From contig JAQUQI010000001.1 of assembly GCA_028716165.1 (NCBI GenBank), forward strand, positions 126,538 to 190,537: a stretch of DNA of 64,000 bases, written 5' to 3'. This DNA comes from Candidatus Omnitrophota bacterium. Its GTDB lineage: Bacteria; Omnitrophota; Gorgyraeia; JABMRG01. A model generated the notes under the pieces. The model was not told the origin of the DNA and did no database searches. It worked only from the letters and a program-made list of their open reading frames with translations. Of the stretch, positions 47,176 through 56,616 are shown one piece after another. Each line of letters opens with the position of its first letter. The stretch's first letter is position 1. A program made the position numbers and the translations under genes.

Positions 47176-49134
47176 TTATTCATACCTCAAGGCTTCAATA
47201 GGATTAAGCCTTGATGCCTTCTTTGCCGGCCACAGGCCGAAGAATATGCCCACCATTATTGAAAAACCCGCGGCAAGTATTATATTAACAACGCTGACGC
47301 GCGTGGCCCAACCGGCAAAAATAGATAATAAAACGGCTGATATTATACCTAAGACAATACCCAGAAACCCGCCGCTTAATGTCATAACGACCGATTCTAT
47401 TAAAAACTGCATCATGATGTCTTTGGCGCGCGCGCCGATTGCTTTGCGAAGGCCTATCTCCCTGGTGCGCTCTGTTACGGATACAAGCATAATATTCATT
47501 ATGCCGATACCCCCTACAAAAAGGGATATTGCCGCGATACAGCCCAAAAGAAGGCTCATAGTCTTGGTAGTGCTTGTCAGCATCTCCTGCATTTCACTCA
47601 TATTGCGTATGTGAAAAAAATCATCGGGATTTTTGTATATACGGTGCCTTTTTATGATAAGCTTTTCTATGCTGGCCTGGCCGCGATCTATTGAGTCGGC
47701 ATCAGCTATTTCAACATATATGCCATCCAGATAATCCTTGCCGAGCACCCTTTTCATGGCTGTTGTTACCGGTATATATATAATATCATCCTGATCTCTC
47801 CACCCGGTACTGCCTTTTTGAGGAGCAAGGCCTATTACTTTGAAATTAATCCTGTTGATCTTAACAGTTTCTCCGATCGGGTTGCCGGAGATAAAAAGTT
47901 TTTCCGCTACAGTAAGCCCCAATATGGCTACCTTTTCCCGCCTGTTAATCTCATCTTGCGTAAACCATCTGCCGACATCAGGCGCGGTAGCCCTCATAGA
48001 GGCGTAATCATAGCCTACACCCTCAATACGCGTGCTCCAATTTTCATTCTTATACACTATCTGGCCGCTGCCGCTTACATAACCGCTGACCTTATTAACC
48101 ACAGGTTTAAGGTTCGCGATAGCATCAACGTCTGCCGGTAAGAACCGCGTCACAGAGCCTGCTCCGGAAGCCGCGCCTCTGACCCTGCCGGAACCTCCTT
48201 GCACGGACAGCAGATTTGAACCCAATGATTTTATCCTGTCTTCTATTGACATCTGGGCTCCGCGGCCCAATGCCAGCATTGCTATGACCGCGGCAACGCC
48301 AAAAAGGATACCAAGCATTGAAAGCAATGACCGTATCTTGTTCGCCGCCATGGCCCTGAACGACTGCCTGATATGTTCCCTAAGTTCAATTTCACCGAAA
48401 TAATTGCATATCTCTGATGCTACGTTTTTTATGGAAACCGCCTCTTCCGGCACTTTTTGCGCAGGAATTTTTTGCTCATCGGATACAACCTTTCCGTCTC
48501 TCATAACGATTATTCTTTTGGCATGCGCGGCAACCTCTTGTTCGTGGGTGACCATAACCACGGTCTTGCCCTGTTCGTTTAAAGAGAGGAGTATCTTCAT
48601 TATTTCTTCTTCACTTTTTGTGTCAAGGTTGCCTGTAGGCTCATCGGCGAGTATTATCATCGGGTCATTTACCAGCGCCCTGGCAATCGCCACCCTCTGC
48701 TGTTCGCCGCCGGACAATTCACTCGGCATATGCCTATGCCGCCTGGACAGCCCCACCATATCAAGCCTTTTGCCGGCAAGTTCTATCAGGCTTTTTTTGC
48801 CTGAATAGATTAGAGGTAATTCCACGTTTTCTATGGCGGTAGTATTCCTAAGCAGGTGAAATTGCTGAAACACAAAACCTATGAGCTTATTTCTTAAATG
48901 CGCCAATTTATCATCGGAAAGCCGCGACACCTCTGTGTCAAAAATAGTGTAGGAACCCTTTGCGGGCCGGTCTAAAAGACCGAGTATATGCATAAGAGTT
49001 GACTTGCCGGAACCTGAAGCGCCCATTATTGCCACGAATTCGCCGCGGGCTATGGATAGAGAAACGCCGTCCAGGGCCTTAACAGAGGCATTTCCCGCGC
49101 CGTATGTCTTGCATAGGTTATTTATTTTTATCAT
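47176..49134 (-). CDS. macB: MacB-type ABC transporter (fused ATPase plus FtsX-like permease)
   Basis: It has the Walker A GASGSGKST, the LSGGQQQRV signature and four C-terminal transmembrane helices. The start is set at the internal Met (MIKINNL), which matches the overlap with macA. Confidence 0.85.
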   Translation of the reverse strand: MIKINNLCKTYGAGNASVKALDGVSLSIARGEFVAIMGASGSGKSTLMHILGLLDRPAKGSYTIFDTEVSRLSDDKLAHLRNKLIGFVFQQFHLLRNTTAIENVELPLIYSGKKSLIELAGKRLDMVGLSRRHRHMPSELSGGEQQRVAIARALVNDPMIILADEPTGNLDTKSEEEIMKILLSLNEQGKTVVMVTHEQEVAAHAKRIIVMRDGKVVSDEQKIPAQKVPEEAVSIKNVASEICNYFGEIELREHIRQSFRAMAANKIRSLLSMLGILFGVAAVIAMLALGRGAQMSIEDRIKSLGSNLLSVQGGSGRVRGAASGAGSVTRFLPADVDAIANLKPVVNKVSGYVSGSGQIVYKNENWSTRIEGVGYDYASMRATAPDVGRWFTQDEINRREKVAILGLTVAEKLFISGNPIGETVKINRINFKVIGLAPQKGSTGWRDQDDIIYIPVTTAMKRVLGKDYLDGIYVEIADADSIDRGQASIEKLIIKRHRIYKNPDDFFHIRNMSEMQEMLTSTTKTMSLLLGCIAAISLFVGGIGIMNIMLVSVTERTREIGLRKAIGARAKDIMMQFLIESVVMTLSGGFLGIVLGIISAVLLSIFAGWATRVSVVNIILAAGFSIMVGIFFGLWPAKKASRLNPIEALRYE

Positions 49135-50098
49135 TTTTTTTGCCTGACGGCATAAACGGACTGCCTGCCGTAACTTTTCTTTGCGGCATATACGAATTGT
49201 TCTCCAATACGACATTATCCGCCGCGCCAAGCCCCGACAGGATCTCTGCCGTTTTGTCATTATACAAGCCTATTTCCACATCTCTCTCCTGCAGTTTGCC
49301 TGTGGCGGCATCACGGACCACGACATACTGCCTCTTATTATCATAACGGATCGCGTTATAAGGCACTGTGAGGGCAGACTGCCTTGACTCCTCAATGACC
49401 TCGGCAGTAACACTCATACCGGACCTTAAGAAATCGGGTATATTATCAGGGACAATATCCACATCATATATCGTGACATTATTTACTATCTCCGACTCAT
49501 AAGCTATGTGGCTTACGATGCCGTTTAACTTTACATCCGGATAGGCGTCAAGGGTTACGACAGCCTTCTGGCCTGCCTTGACTTTGGCAATATCAGTTTC
49601 ATCAAACTGCGCGCTGACAATCAACCTGTCTGACAAAACCAGCATCGGGTCGGATGTAACCACGGTCTGGCCCGGCTCAACAGAGCGCACAATGACTTCT
49701 CCGTCAATGGGCGAAATAATAGGCGTCTTTTTATAGACATCCTCCCAATATTTTAATACCTCGCCGCCCTGTGATCTCGCGGCGTCAATAAGCGCGGCCC
49801 TTTCGGTTGAGCTCATCCATACCAATACCTGGCCTGTCTTTACCTTGTCGCCTTCTTTTACCAATATCTCATCCACCCTGCCGCTTATGGAAGGCTTTAT
49901 TTCAAGACGGTTCTGGGGTTCTATCGCGCCTGTTGTAATAACACTGCGCGTTATCTCGCCTGTTGATGGCATTACAATGACGGATTGGGTAGGCCTGTTT
50001 TTCGGGCCGGCTGTCTGCGATTTCACCCATAGCGCGAGAGAAACGATTAATACCATAAAAAAAACCGCAAAAACCATTTTATTTTTTGTCATATTCAA
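49118..50098 (-). CDS. macA: efflux periplasmic adaptor subunit (HlyD/MacA family)
   Basis: It has a signal anchor and lipoyl/beta-barrel adaptor motifs. Length is 326 aa. Confidence 0.8.
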   Translation of the reverse strand: MNMTKNKMVFAVFFMVLIVSLALWVKSQTAGPKNRPTQSVIVMPSTGEITRSVITTGAIEPQNRLEIKPSISGRVDEILVKEGDKVKTGQVLVWMSSTERAALIDAARSQGGEVLKYWEDVYKKTPIISPIDGEVIVRSVEPGQTVVTSDPMLVLSDRLIVSAQFDETDIAKVKAGQKAVVTLDAYPDVKLNGIVSHIAYESEIVNNVTIYDVDIVPDNIPDFLRSGMSVTAEVIEESRQSALTVPYNAIRYDNKRQYVVVRDAATGKLQERDVEIGLYNDKTAEILSGLGAADNVVLENNSYMPQRKVTAGSPFMPSGKKNDKNK

Positions 50099-51347
50099 GC
50101 ATGCCTCCTGTGGCCTGTATCCAGTAAGCCTCGGCGATAAGCATATCCGCGCGGGTATTCAAATAGGTTTTTTGGGCCTTTACAAGGTTATCCTCTATGA
50201 TAATCCAGTCATTGAACGATGCCAAGCCGGTGGAGTATTGCGACCTGGTTATCTTAGCGCGTTCTTCAGCGGCTTGAAGAAATTTCTCCTGGACAGAAAC
50301 ATTGGATATGGCATCCTGCAGGTCTTTCCAACTTCTCTCCAGAGTGACCAATACGCCGTAGCGTCCGCTCCTCTCATCAGCTCCGGCCTGTTCGAGCCTG
50401 GACCTTGCCTTTGATACCTCTGCCAGGCGTTGGCCGCCTTCAAATAACGGCAGAGATACGGATGCTCCCGCGGACCATTCATCTTTTTTGGGCAGCCATT
50501 TATCGCCTGTCCTACTTAACGCGCCATTAACGTAGACTTTCGGGAAAAAATCAGATTCTTTTGAATTGAGATTATACCTTGCCGCTTCTTTTCTTGATAT
50601 CAGTTCTTTGATAAAAGGCGTGTCTTCTGCAAGGATATCTATATCAGGCTTTGCCGCGTAATCCCGGTCCAGGCAAAGCTGGCCTACTGCCTCAATACAG
50701 ATATTGCCCTCGGCCCCGAGCTCCTTTGCCAACTCCCTTTGGACAAGGATGACGCTTCTTTCCGCCTGGGATTGTTCAAAATCCGCCTGCGCCATATCCG
50801 CCTCGGCCGTTAAAAGCGCTCCCTTGTGCTCTCTGCCGCCTTCATAGCGCAGTTTTACAAGCTCAAAATTTTGTTTCCGCCTTTGCGCGATGTCTTTTGT
50901 AATAGATATAAGTTCCTGCGCCCTTATGAGGCCTACGAAACAACTTCTAAGGTTTAATCTGACGTCGGAAGAAACCACCGCGTAATTATACCGCGCGGCC
51001 TGCAAGTCCTTTAAGGCGCCGCTTAATTCGCTGGCTGTCTTAAAACCGTCAAATACAAGCTGGCTCGCCGATATACCGTAAGAATAAGTATCCGAGGCGG
51101 GCCTGCCTTCGGTTTTATGCCGTTTGACCGAGGCATCGCTATCTATCTGCGGCATCATTGAGCTGGCGCTGATATCCTTGTCGGAGACAGCCTGTTTTAT
51201 CTGCTCATAAGCTGATACCAGTTCAGGATTATTAAATACGGCTATACGCGCGCATTCATTCCATGTAAGCTTATCCTGCGCGTAAGAGCAGTAAATAGGG
51301 CATAACAAGGCAAGGGCCAGTAAGCTTAACGTTTTTTTAATCCGCAT
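50079..51347 (-). CDS. tolC: TolC-family outer-membrane efflux protein
   Basis: It has a signal peptide and two tandem TolC repeats. Length is 422 aa. Confidence 0.8.
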   Translation of the reverse strand: MRIKKTLSLLALALLCPIYCSYAQDKLTWNECARIAVFNNPELVSAYEQIKQAVSDKDISASSMMPQIDSDASVKRHKTEGRPASDTYSYGISASQLVFDGFKTASELSGALKDLQAARYNYAVVSSDVRLNLRSCFVGLIRAQELISITKDIAQRRKQNFELVKLRYEGGREHKGALLTAEADMAQADFEQSQAERSVILVQRELAKELGAEGNICIEAVGQLCLDRDYAAKPDIDILAEDTPFIKELISRKEAARYNLNSKESDFFPKVYVNGALSRTGDKWLPKKDEWSAGASVSLPLFEGGQRLAEVSKARSRLEQAGADERSGRYGVLVTLERSWKDLQDAISNVSVQEKFLQAAEERAKITRSQYSTGLASFNDWIIIEDNLVKAQKTYLNTRADMLIAEAYWIQATGGMLEYDKK

Positions 51348-51415
51348 ATACGGCCTTTCTAAAGTAGAGCAGATTCTAATATAAAACTCCGGGGAACATC
51401 CTAAACCCGGCGGGG

Positions 51416-52129
51416 TCAGGTTGATTTTAGTTTGTTAAAGACAAGATCACGCAAAAGTCCGAAATCGCCGGGGGCAAAACATTTTGTGTCAACAGGAGGC
51501 AATACTCTTACCGTCCCTTTAACCTTTGCTTTAAACACCCAATCCCCTCTTGGAATAGCCTCTCTCGTTCCTTGTATAAGAATAGGCAATACAGGCTTCT
51601 GTTCCTTTATGGCAAGCTTAAAAGCGCCGTTCTGGAATTCATTCATATTATCAGTGCGGCTCCTTGTCCCTTCGGGGAAAAAAAGCACGGACATATCATG
51701 CCTAAGCCAGGAAGCGGCCTCCTTGTATATTTTTTTGATACTTCCGAATTTACCCCGCGATAGCTTTATGTGCCTTCCCAGGGACAAGCACCAGCCTATA
51801 AAGGGCAGTTTGAAAAGGCTTTCTTTTGCCACCCATTTAAATTGAAGTCTCGTTTTATATATAACCACTATGTCCGCCAGGCTTTGGTGATTAGCTGTTA
51901 TAACATATGTCTGGCTCGGATCAATATTTTCAAGCCCATATACCTTTACATCCCAGAATGGGTTAAACCCTATAATGGCGTCGGCCCACCAGAAACACTG
52001 CCTGTGGACAATCCTTTTCTGCCTGTCAAAAGGAAAAAGGACAAAGGCAAGGAACAGGCTTACAAAAAACAGCGCTATAGTTAGCGCGGTGCTGACAACC
52101 CAGATAATTAACGATATTATAAATTTCAT
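51416..52129 (-). CDS. plsC: 1-acyl-sn-glycerol-3-phosphate acyltransferase
   Basis: It has the HxxxxD motif (ANHQSLAD) and FPEGTRS. Confidence 0.85.
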   Translation of the reverse strand: MKFIISLIIWVVSTALTIALFFVSLFLAFVLFPFDRQKRIVHRQCFWWADAIIGFNPFWDVKVYGLENIDPSQTYVITANHQSLADIVVIYKTRLQFKWVAKESLFKLPFIGWCLSLGRHIKLSRGKFGSIKKIYKEAASWLRHDMSVLFFPEGTRSRTDNMNEFQNGAFKLAIKEQKPVLPILIQGTREAIPRGDWVFKAKVKGTVRVLPPVDTKCFAPGDFGLLRDLVFNKLKST

Positions 52130-52247
52130 TGATTAGACACGGTTGCGGGATATTTATTCCCAAATTACAATAAAAAACACTTCGCAAAAAAACATGCAGC
52201 CGGTTGATTTCCTGAATCGCAACGCGCATACCGGTAAAGCGCGCGAA

Positions 52248-53612
52248 CTAAATCCTGGGCAGGCCCTCTAATGATTTGAGCGAGGCCTTGAGGTCTCTTT
52301 CAGGCAAATGGTATTCCTTAAGATGCCCCTGCATAAACTTATCATAACCTGCCAGGTCCATAAGCCCGTGGCCGCTATAGTTCATCAGAATAACCTTTTC
52401 CTTTGCCTCCTGGCTTGCCTTTTTCGCCTCATCAATAGCGCATGCTATAGCATGGCTGGTTTCAGGAGCGCATATCATGCCTTCGGTCTTGGCCCATATA
52501 AATGCCGATTCATAACATTTAACCTGGTCATAGGCCTTTGGCCTTATAAGGCCCTGTTTAGCAACGTGGCTTACCAAAGGAGACATCCCGTGATAACGAA
52601 GTCCTCCGGCATGTATTGGCGGCGGAACAAAATTATGCCCTAATGTATACATGGCAAGCAGAGGGGTCTGCCCGGCCATATCGCCGTAATCATAAGTATA
52701 AGGGCCTTTTGTAAGCGTTGGGCAGGCGGTGGGTTCGGTCGGTATTATATCAATATTGGCTCCGTTTATCTTATCATATATAAAAGGAAAAGCCAGGCCG
52801 GCAAAATTACTTCCGCCTCCGGCACAGCCGATTATCACATCAGGCAGTCTTTCTCCGATAACCTGGAGTTGTTTCTTGGCTTCTAAACCTATAATAGTCT
52901 GATGCAGCATGACATGGTTTAAAACACTGCCCAAGGCATAACGGGTCTTGCCGCTTTTATCAGATACCGCGTCCTCTACCGCTTCACTTATAGCTATTCC
53001 GAGACTGCCGGGAGTATCAGGCATTTGCCTTAGTATTTTTCTGCCGAATTTTGTTTTTTTGCTCGGGCTGGCAATACATTCTCCTCCCCACACCTTCATC
53101 ATTATCTTGCGCAGGGGTTTTTGATCAAAGCTTATACGCACCATATAAACGCGGCATTCAAGCCCGATCAATGAGCAGGCAAATGAAAGCGCGCAGCCCC
53201 ATTGGCCGGCCCCTGTCTCGGTAGTAAGCCTCTTTATGCCGAATTGTTTATTATACCATGCCTGGGCAACCGCAGTATTTGGTTTATGACTGCCCGGAGG
53301 GCTTACACTTTCATCTTTATAATAAATACGGGCCGGGGTCTTAAGATACTTTTCAAGATAAACGGCTCTTCTTAAAGGAGCAGGCCTCCAGCGGTATAAT
53401 ATTTCAAGCACTTCTTCCGGAATGTCTATCCAGCGTTTAGTGCTTACCTCCTGCTCTATCAGATTCATCGGAAATACAGAGGCAAGCATGTCGGCAGTAA
53501 CCGGTTTTCCGTCGGGGCCTAAAGGCGGCATAATGGGCCCCTTGAGATCGGCAACGATATTATACCACTGCCTTGGTATGTCCTTTTCCTCCAGGATAAC
53601 CTTCCTCGTCAT
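52248..53612 (-). CDS. TrpB-like PLP-dependent enzyme (TrpB2 family)
   Basis: It is 454 aa with the extended TrpB2 N-terminus and PLP-Lys region (GSHKPNTA). Confidence 0.8.
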   Translation of the reverse strand: MTRKVILEEKDIPRQWYNIVADLKGPIMPPLGPDGKPVTADMLASVFPMNLIEQEVSTKRWIDIPEEVLEILYRWRPAPLRRAVYLEKYLKTPARIYYKDESVSPPGSHKPNTAVAQAWYNKQFGIKRLTTETGAGQWGCALSFACSLIGLECRVYMVRISFDQKPLRKIMMKVWGGECIASPSKKTKFGRKILRQMPDTPGSLGIAISEAVEDAVSDKSGKTRYALGSVLNHVMLHQTIIGLEAKKQLQVIGERLPDVIIGCAGGGSNFAGLAFPFIYDKINGANIDIIPTEPTACPTLTKGPYTYDYGDMAGQTPLLAMYTLGHNFVPPPIHAGGLRYHGMSPLVSHVAKQGLIRPKAYDQVKCYESAFIWAKTEGMICAPETSHAIACAIDEAKKASQEAKEKVILMNYSGHGLMDLAGYDKFMQGHLKEYHLPERDLKASLKSLEGLPRI

Positions 53613-53644
53613 ATTACCTCCTTAGCATTTATATAAAACGGATA

Positions 53645-55093
53645 TTATGCCATTGCAACCTGACGGCGGGTTTTTTTCAACGGACAAGCGCCCTGCGCGG
53701 GGCATTCGCCGGTCCAGCAATACAGACAAAGTTTTTCCCGGTCAAGCCCTATGGCCTTTACCATATCCTCTATAGTTTGATACCTTAGGGTAGTAACATT
53801 GAGGTCCTTTGCGATATACTCAATCATCCGTTTGTATTTTTCTGACTTATCGTCAATATATTCCGAAACATCCTCTATGTCCCGGCCTTCAAGAGCGTGT
53901 ATGGCCCTTCGGGCGGCTAATTCCTTTATTGACCTCGTAGAGAGGTTGAATTTGCACGGAAACATCAACGGCGGACAGGCAAGGCGGGCGTGTATTTCCT
54001 TCGCGCCTCTGTTCCATAGTTTTTTGATAGCAAAATTCCTAAGCTGCGTGCCTCTGACTATGGAGTCTTCACATAAAACTATTTTATTGCCTTCAACGAT
54101 CTCCCTAATAGCGACAAGCTTCATTGTGGCGACGTGATTTCTTGTATCCTGCGAAGACTGGGTATAGCTCCTGCCGTAACCCGGAGTATATTTCACAAGC
54201 GGCCGGCGGAAGGGCAGGCCTGATTCCATGGCATAGCCTAATCCGTGCGACAGGCCTGAATCCGGCACTCCTGTCACAAGATCCGGTTTTATATCCTTGT
54301 CGCGCATAGCAAGCAGTCTGCCGCATCTTTCTCTTACAATCTCCGTATTGATACCCTCATAGTTTGACGCGGGAAACCCGGTATATATCCACAAAAAAGC
54401 GCATATCTGGTTCATGCCGCCGGCAGGCCGCTTGATGCTTATCCCGTTTCCATCTAACAGAACAATCTCTCCCGGAGCTATATACTTTACAACGTCAAAA
54501 CCGATATTCTCAAACGCGAATGTTTCGCTCGCCGCCGCCCAATCATTGCCGCGCCTTCCTACAGCCAAAGGCATATACCCATAGCGGTCTCTGGCCGCGT
54601 ATATGCCGTCTTTGTGCAGTATCAAAAGTGAACACGAGCCTTGTATTCTGTCAAACATCTTTTTTATGCCGTCTACAATGTCCTTGCCCTGATGTATCAG
54701 CTTCGCGACAAGCTCGGTTGAATTCACCTGCCCCCTGGTCACTTCACTGAATGAAACACCCTCTCTTAAAAGATCATCCGACAAAGTTTTCGCGTTTTCA
54801 ATATAACCGCTTATCACTATACAAAAAGGCCCGAATTTAGAGCTAAGATATATAGGCTGTTCATCGCAATCACTGATAACACCTATACCCTTATTGCCAC
54901 GCATCTGCCTGTAATCATTACAAAACTTGGATTTGAACTGGCTCTGCCTGATATTGTGTATTACGCGGCTGAAATCATCGCCCAAAACCGCCATGCCGGC
55001 AAATTCCGTGCCAAGATGTGAATTATAATCAGTGCCGTAAAATAAGATTTCAGCGCAATCATTTTCTGAAAAAACACCGAATATTCCGCTCAT
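53645..55093 (-). CDS. amidophosphoribosyltransferase (PurF)-family protein with the Cys1 nucleophile replaced by Ser
   Basis: It has an Ntn-type glutamine amidotransferase domain and the PRTase motif (IVLCEDSIVRGTQL), but the N-terminus is MSGIFGVF instead of MCGI. It has a Cys-rich C-terminus (CLYCWTGECPAQGAC). Confidence 0.65.
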   Translation of the reverse strand: MSGIFGVFSENDCAEILFYGTDYNSHLGTEFAGMAVLGDDFSRVIHNIRQSQFKSKFCNDYRQMRGNKGIGVISDCDEQPIYLSSKFGPFCIVISGYIENAKTLSDDLLREGVSFSEVTRGQVNSTELVAKLIHQGKDIVDGIKKMFDRIQGSCSLLILHKDGIYAARDRYGYMPLAVGRRGNDWAAASETFAFENIGFDVVKYIAPGEIVLLDGNGISIKRPAGGMNQICAFLWIYTGFPASNYEGINTEIVRERCGRLLAMRDKDIKPDLVTGVPDSGLSHGLGYAMESGLPFRRPLVKYTPGYGRSYTQSSQDTRNHVATMKLVAIREIVEGNKIVLCEDSIVRGTQLRNFAIKKLWNRGAKEIHARLACPPLMFPCKFNLSTRSIKELAARRAIHALEGRDIEDVSEYIDDKSEKYKRMIEYIAKDLNVTTLRYQTIEDMVKAIGLDREKLCLYCWTGECPAQGACPLKKTRRQVAMA

Positions 55094-55189
55094 TCGCTTC
55101 TCCCTTACACGTATTCATAAATGCGGATTTGAAGGATATTTATTATACTATATTGCGTATACGGATGTAAACTACTATTTAAATCAAGT

Positions 55190-56545
55190 AGTGTCAAGAT
55201 AATTGTGCACTTTCGTATTTAAGTTCAGATTGAATTAAGTCTTTAGACATATCCTCTAGTATTGTTATGTTAAGGTGCTTTATGATACCAAAGATCCATA
55301 AGTTTAAAGAGTGTTCGTTTTTAAAGTAACCCTGTATCCTATTTCTTCTTCGTATCTCTTCTATAAAGCGCTCTAAGTGGTTTGAGGTGCTTATTAAGTT
55401 TCTGTCCGCTTTCGGGAAGTCATAATAGTTCAAAATATTGATAAAGTTGTTTTGAAAGTTCTTGCAAGCCCTCGGTTCTTTATCCTGCCAGTTATATAAA
55501 AACCTGTTAAACCGGTTAATTGCCCTTTGTTTAGAAGGCTGCTGGTATATAGTCTTGGCCTGTTTTAGCATTTTAGCTCTGTGTTTACATTTATGCCTTA
55601 TATTTTGTAATAAGTTGCGTAATTTATGAGTATAGCAGTATTGCCTTTTGGCATAAGGATATACAGTATTAACAGCCTGGGTTATTGACTCAGAGCCATC
55701 TGCTATTATGCAATCTAAGCATTCCAGGCCACGTCTGTATAGATCATTTAAAAGTGACGTATATTCTGCCTTTGTTTCGCCTTGGGCCAGCTTAAAGCTT
55801 AAGAGCTCTTTCTTGTTGTCTTTGGTAACGCCTAAGGCAAAAAGAACAGGCCTTTGTCTTATGCTAAGCTCTTGTATATGCACCCACATGCCGTCAAGTA
55901 TAAGGTACTTGTAGTTATTAGCTATTGGCCTTTGCCTGTAGCATCTTAGCTCTTCTTTTAAGGCGTATAACAGGTTAGAAGCTGTGGCATGGCTTACAGA
56001 GTCTCCCATAACATGATAGAAGAGCTTTGACTGCTTACGCGTTGATAAGCCTAATATCACTGATAATGCTATGCAGTAATCCAGCCCCTTATGACGTCTT
56101 TGGTATGTGTCAAAGAGCTTGTATCTTAGCTTTGCATGCCTTGCCCGGGGTATTTTAACAGTTGCAGCACCGAATGTTGATGTAAATACCCTGTCATAAT
56201 AACCACATCTTACGTCTATCCTTGTATGCGTTCTCTGGTAAAGCTCTGCTTTAATAGCCTCCTGGAACTCTCTGTTAATGCTGTTTTGCATAACGCGCTG
56301 TATTATTAATCTTATATCAACTTCTAGTGAGTCTTGGGTAATAATACCTAAATCTGAAAGATTTCGCTTTACATATTGCCATTGTCTTGCGACCGTATCC
56401 TGGGAGAGGTCTAAGTCTCTCATGGGCATATCCTCCCTGGGACATCACGTCCCGGTTATTGTCGCTAATAACCAAAGGATATGCCTTTTTTATTGTGATT
56501 TCAATGAACTTTTATACTGAAAGTGCACAGAATATTTTACATTAT
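55190..56545. mobile_element. IS256-family insertion sequence (about 1.36 kb) with imperfect terminal inverted repeats
   Basis: The IR core TGTGCACTTTC at 55205-55215 matches its reverse complement GAAAGTGCACA at 56519-56529. Flanking bases are also similar (...ATAATTGTGCACTTTCGTATTTAAGTTC vs ...ATATTCTGTGCACTTTCAGTATAAAAGTTC). The repeats enclose a single transposase ORF. Confidence 0.7.
55194..56429 (-). CDS. IS256-family (mutator-type) transposase
   Basis: It is 411 aa with DDE-region motifs (LILDGMWVHI, IIADGSESITQAVNTVYPYAKRQYCYTHKLRNL, ISTSNHLERFIEEIRRR). Confidence 0.85.
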   Translation of the reverse strand: MPMRDLDLSQDTVARQWQYVKRNLSDLGIITQDSLEVDIRLIIQRVMQNSINREFQEAIKAELYQRTHTRIDVRCGYYDRVFTSTFGAATVKIPRARHAKLRYKLFDTYQRRHKGLDYCIALSVILGLSTRKQSKLFYHVMGDSVSHATASNLLYALKEELRCYRQRPIANNYKYLILDGMWVHIQELSIRQRPVLFALGVTKDNKKELLSFKLAQGETKAEYTSLLNDLYRRGLECLDCIIADGSESITQAVNTVYPYAKRQYCYTHKLRNLLQNIRHKCKHRAKMLKQAKTIYQQPSKQRAINRFNRFLYNWQDKEPRACKNFQNNFINILNYYDFPKADRNLISTSNHLERFIEEIRRRNRIQGYFKNEHSLNLWIFGIIKHLNITILEDMSKDLIQSELKYESAQLS

Positions 56546-56616
56546 GTTGAGGAAAAAACGTTTTTTTAATATGATCGTTTTACTGGGGGTATGAGGTATG
56601 CGAACAGACTATATAA

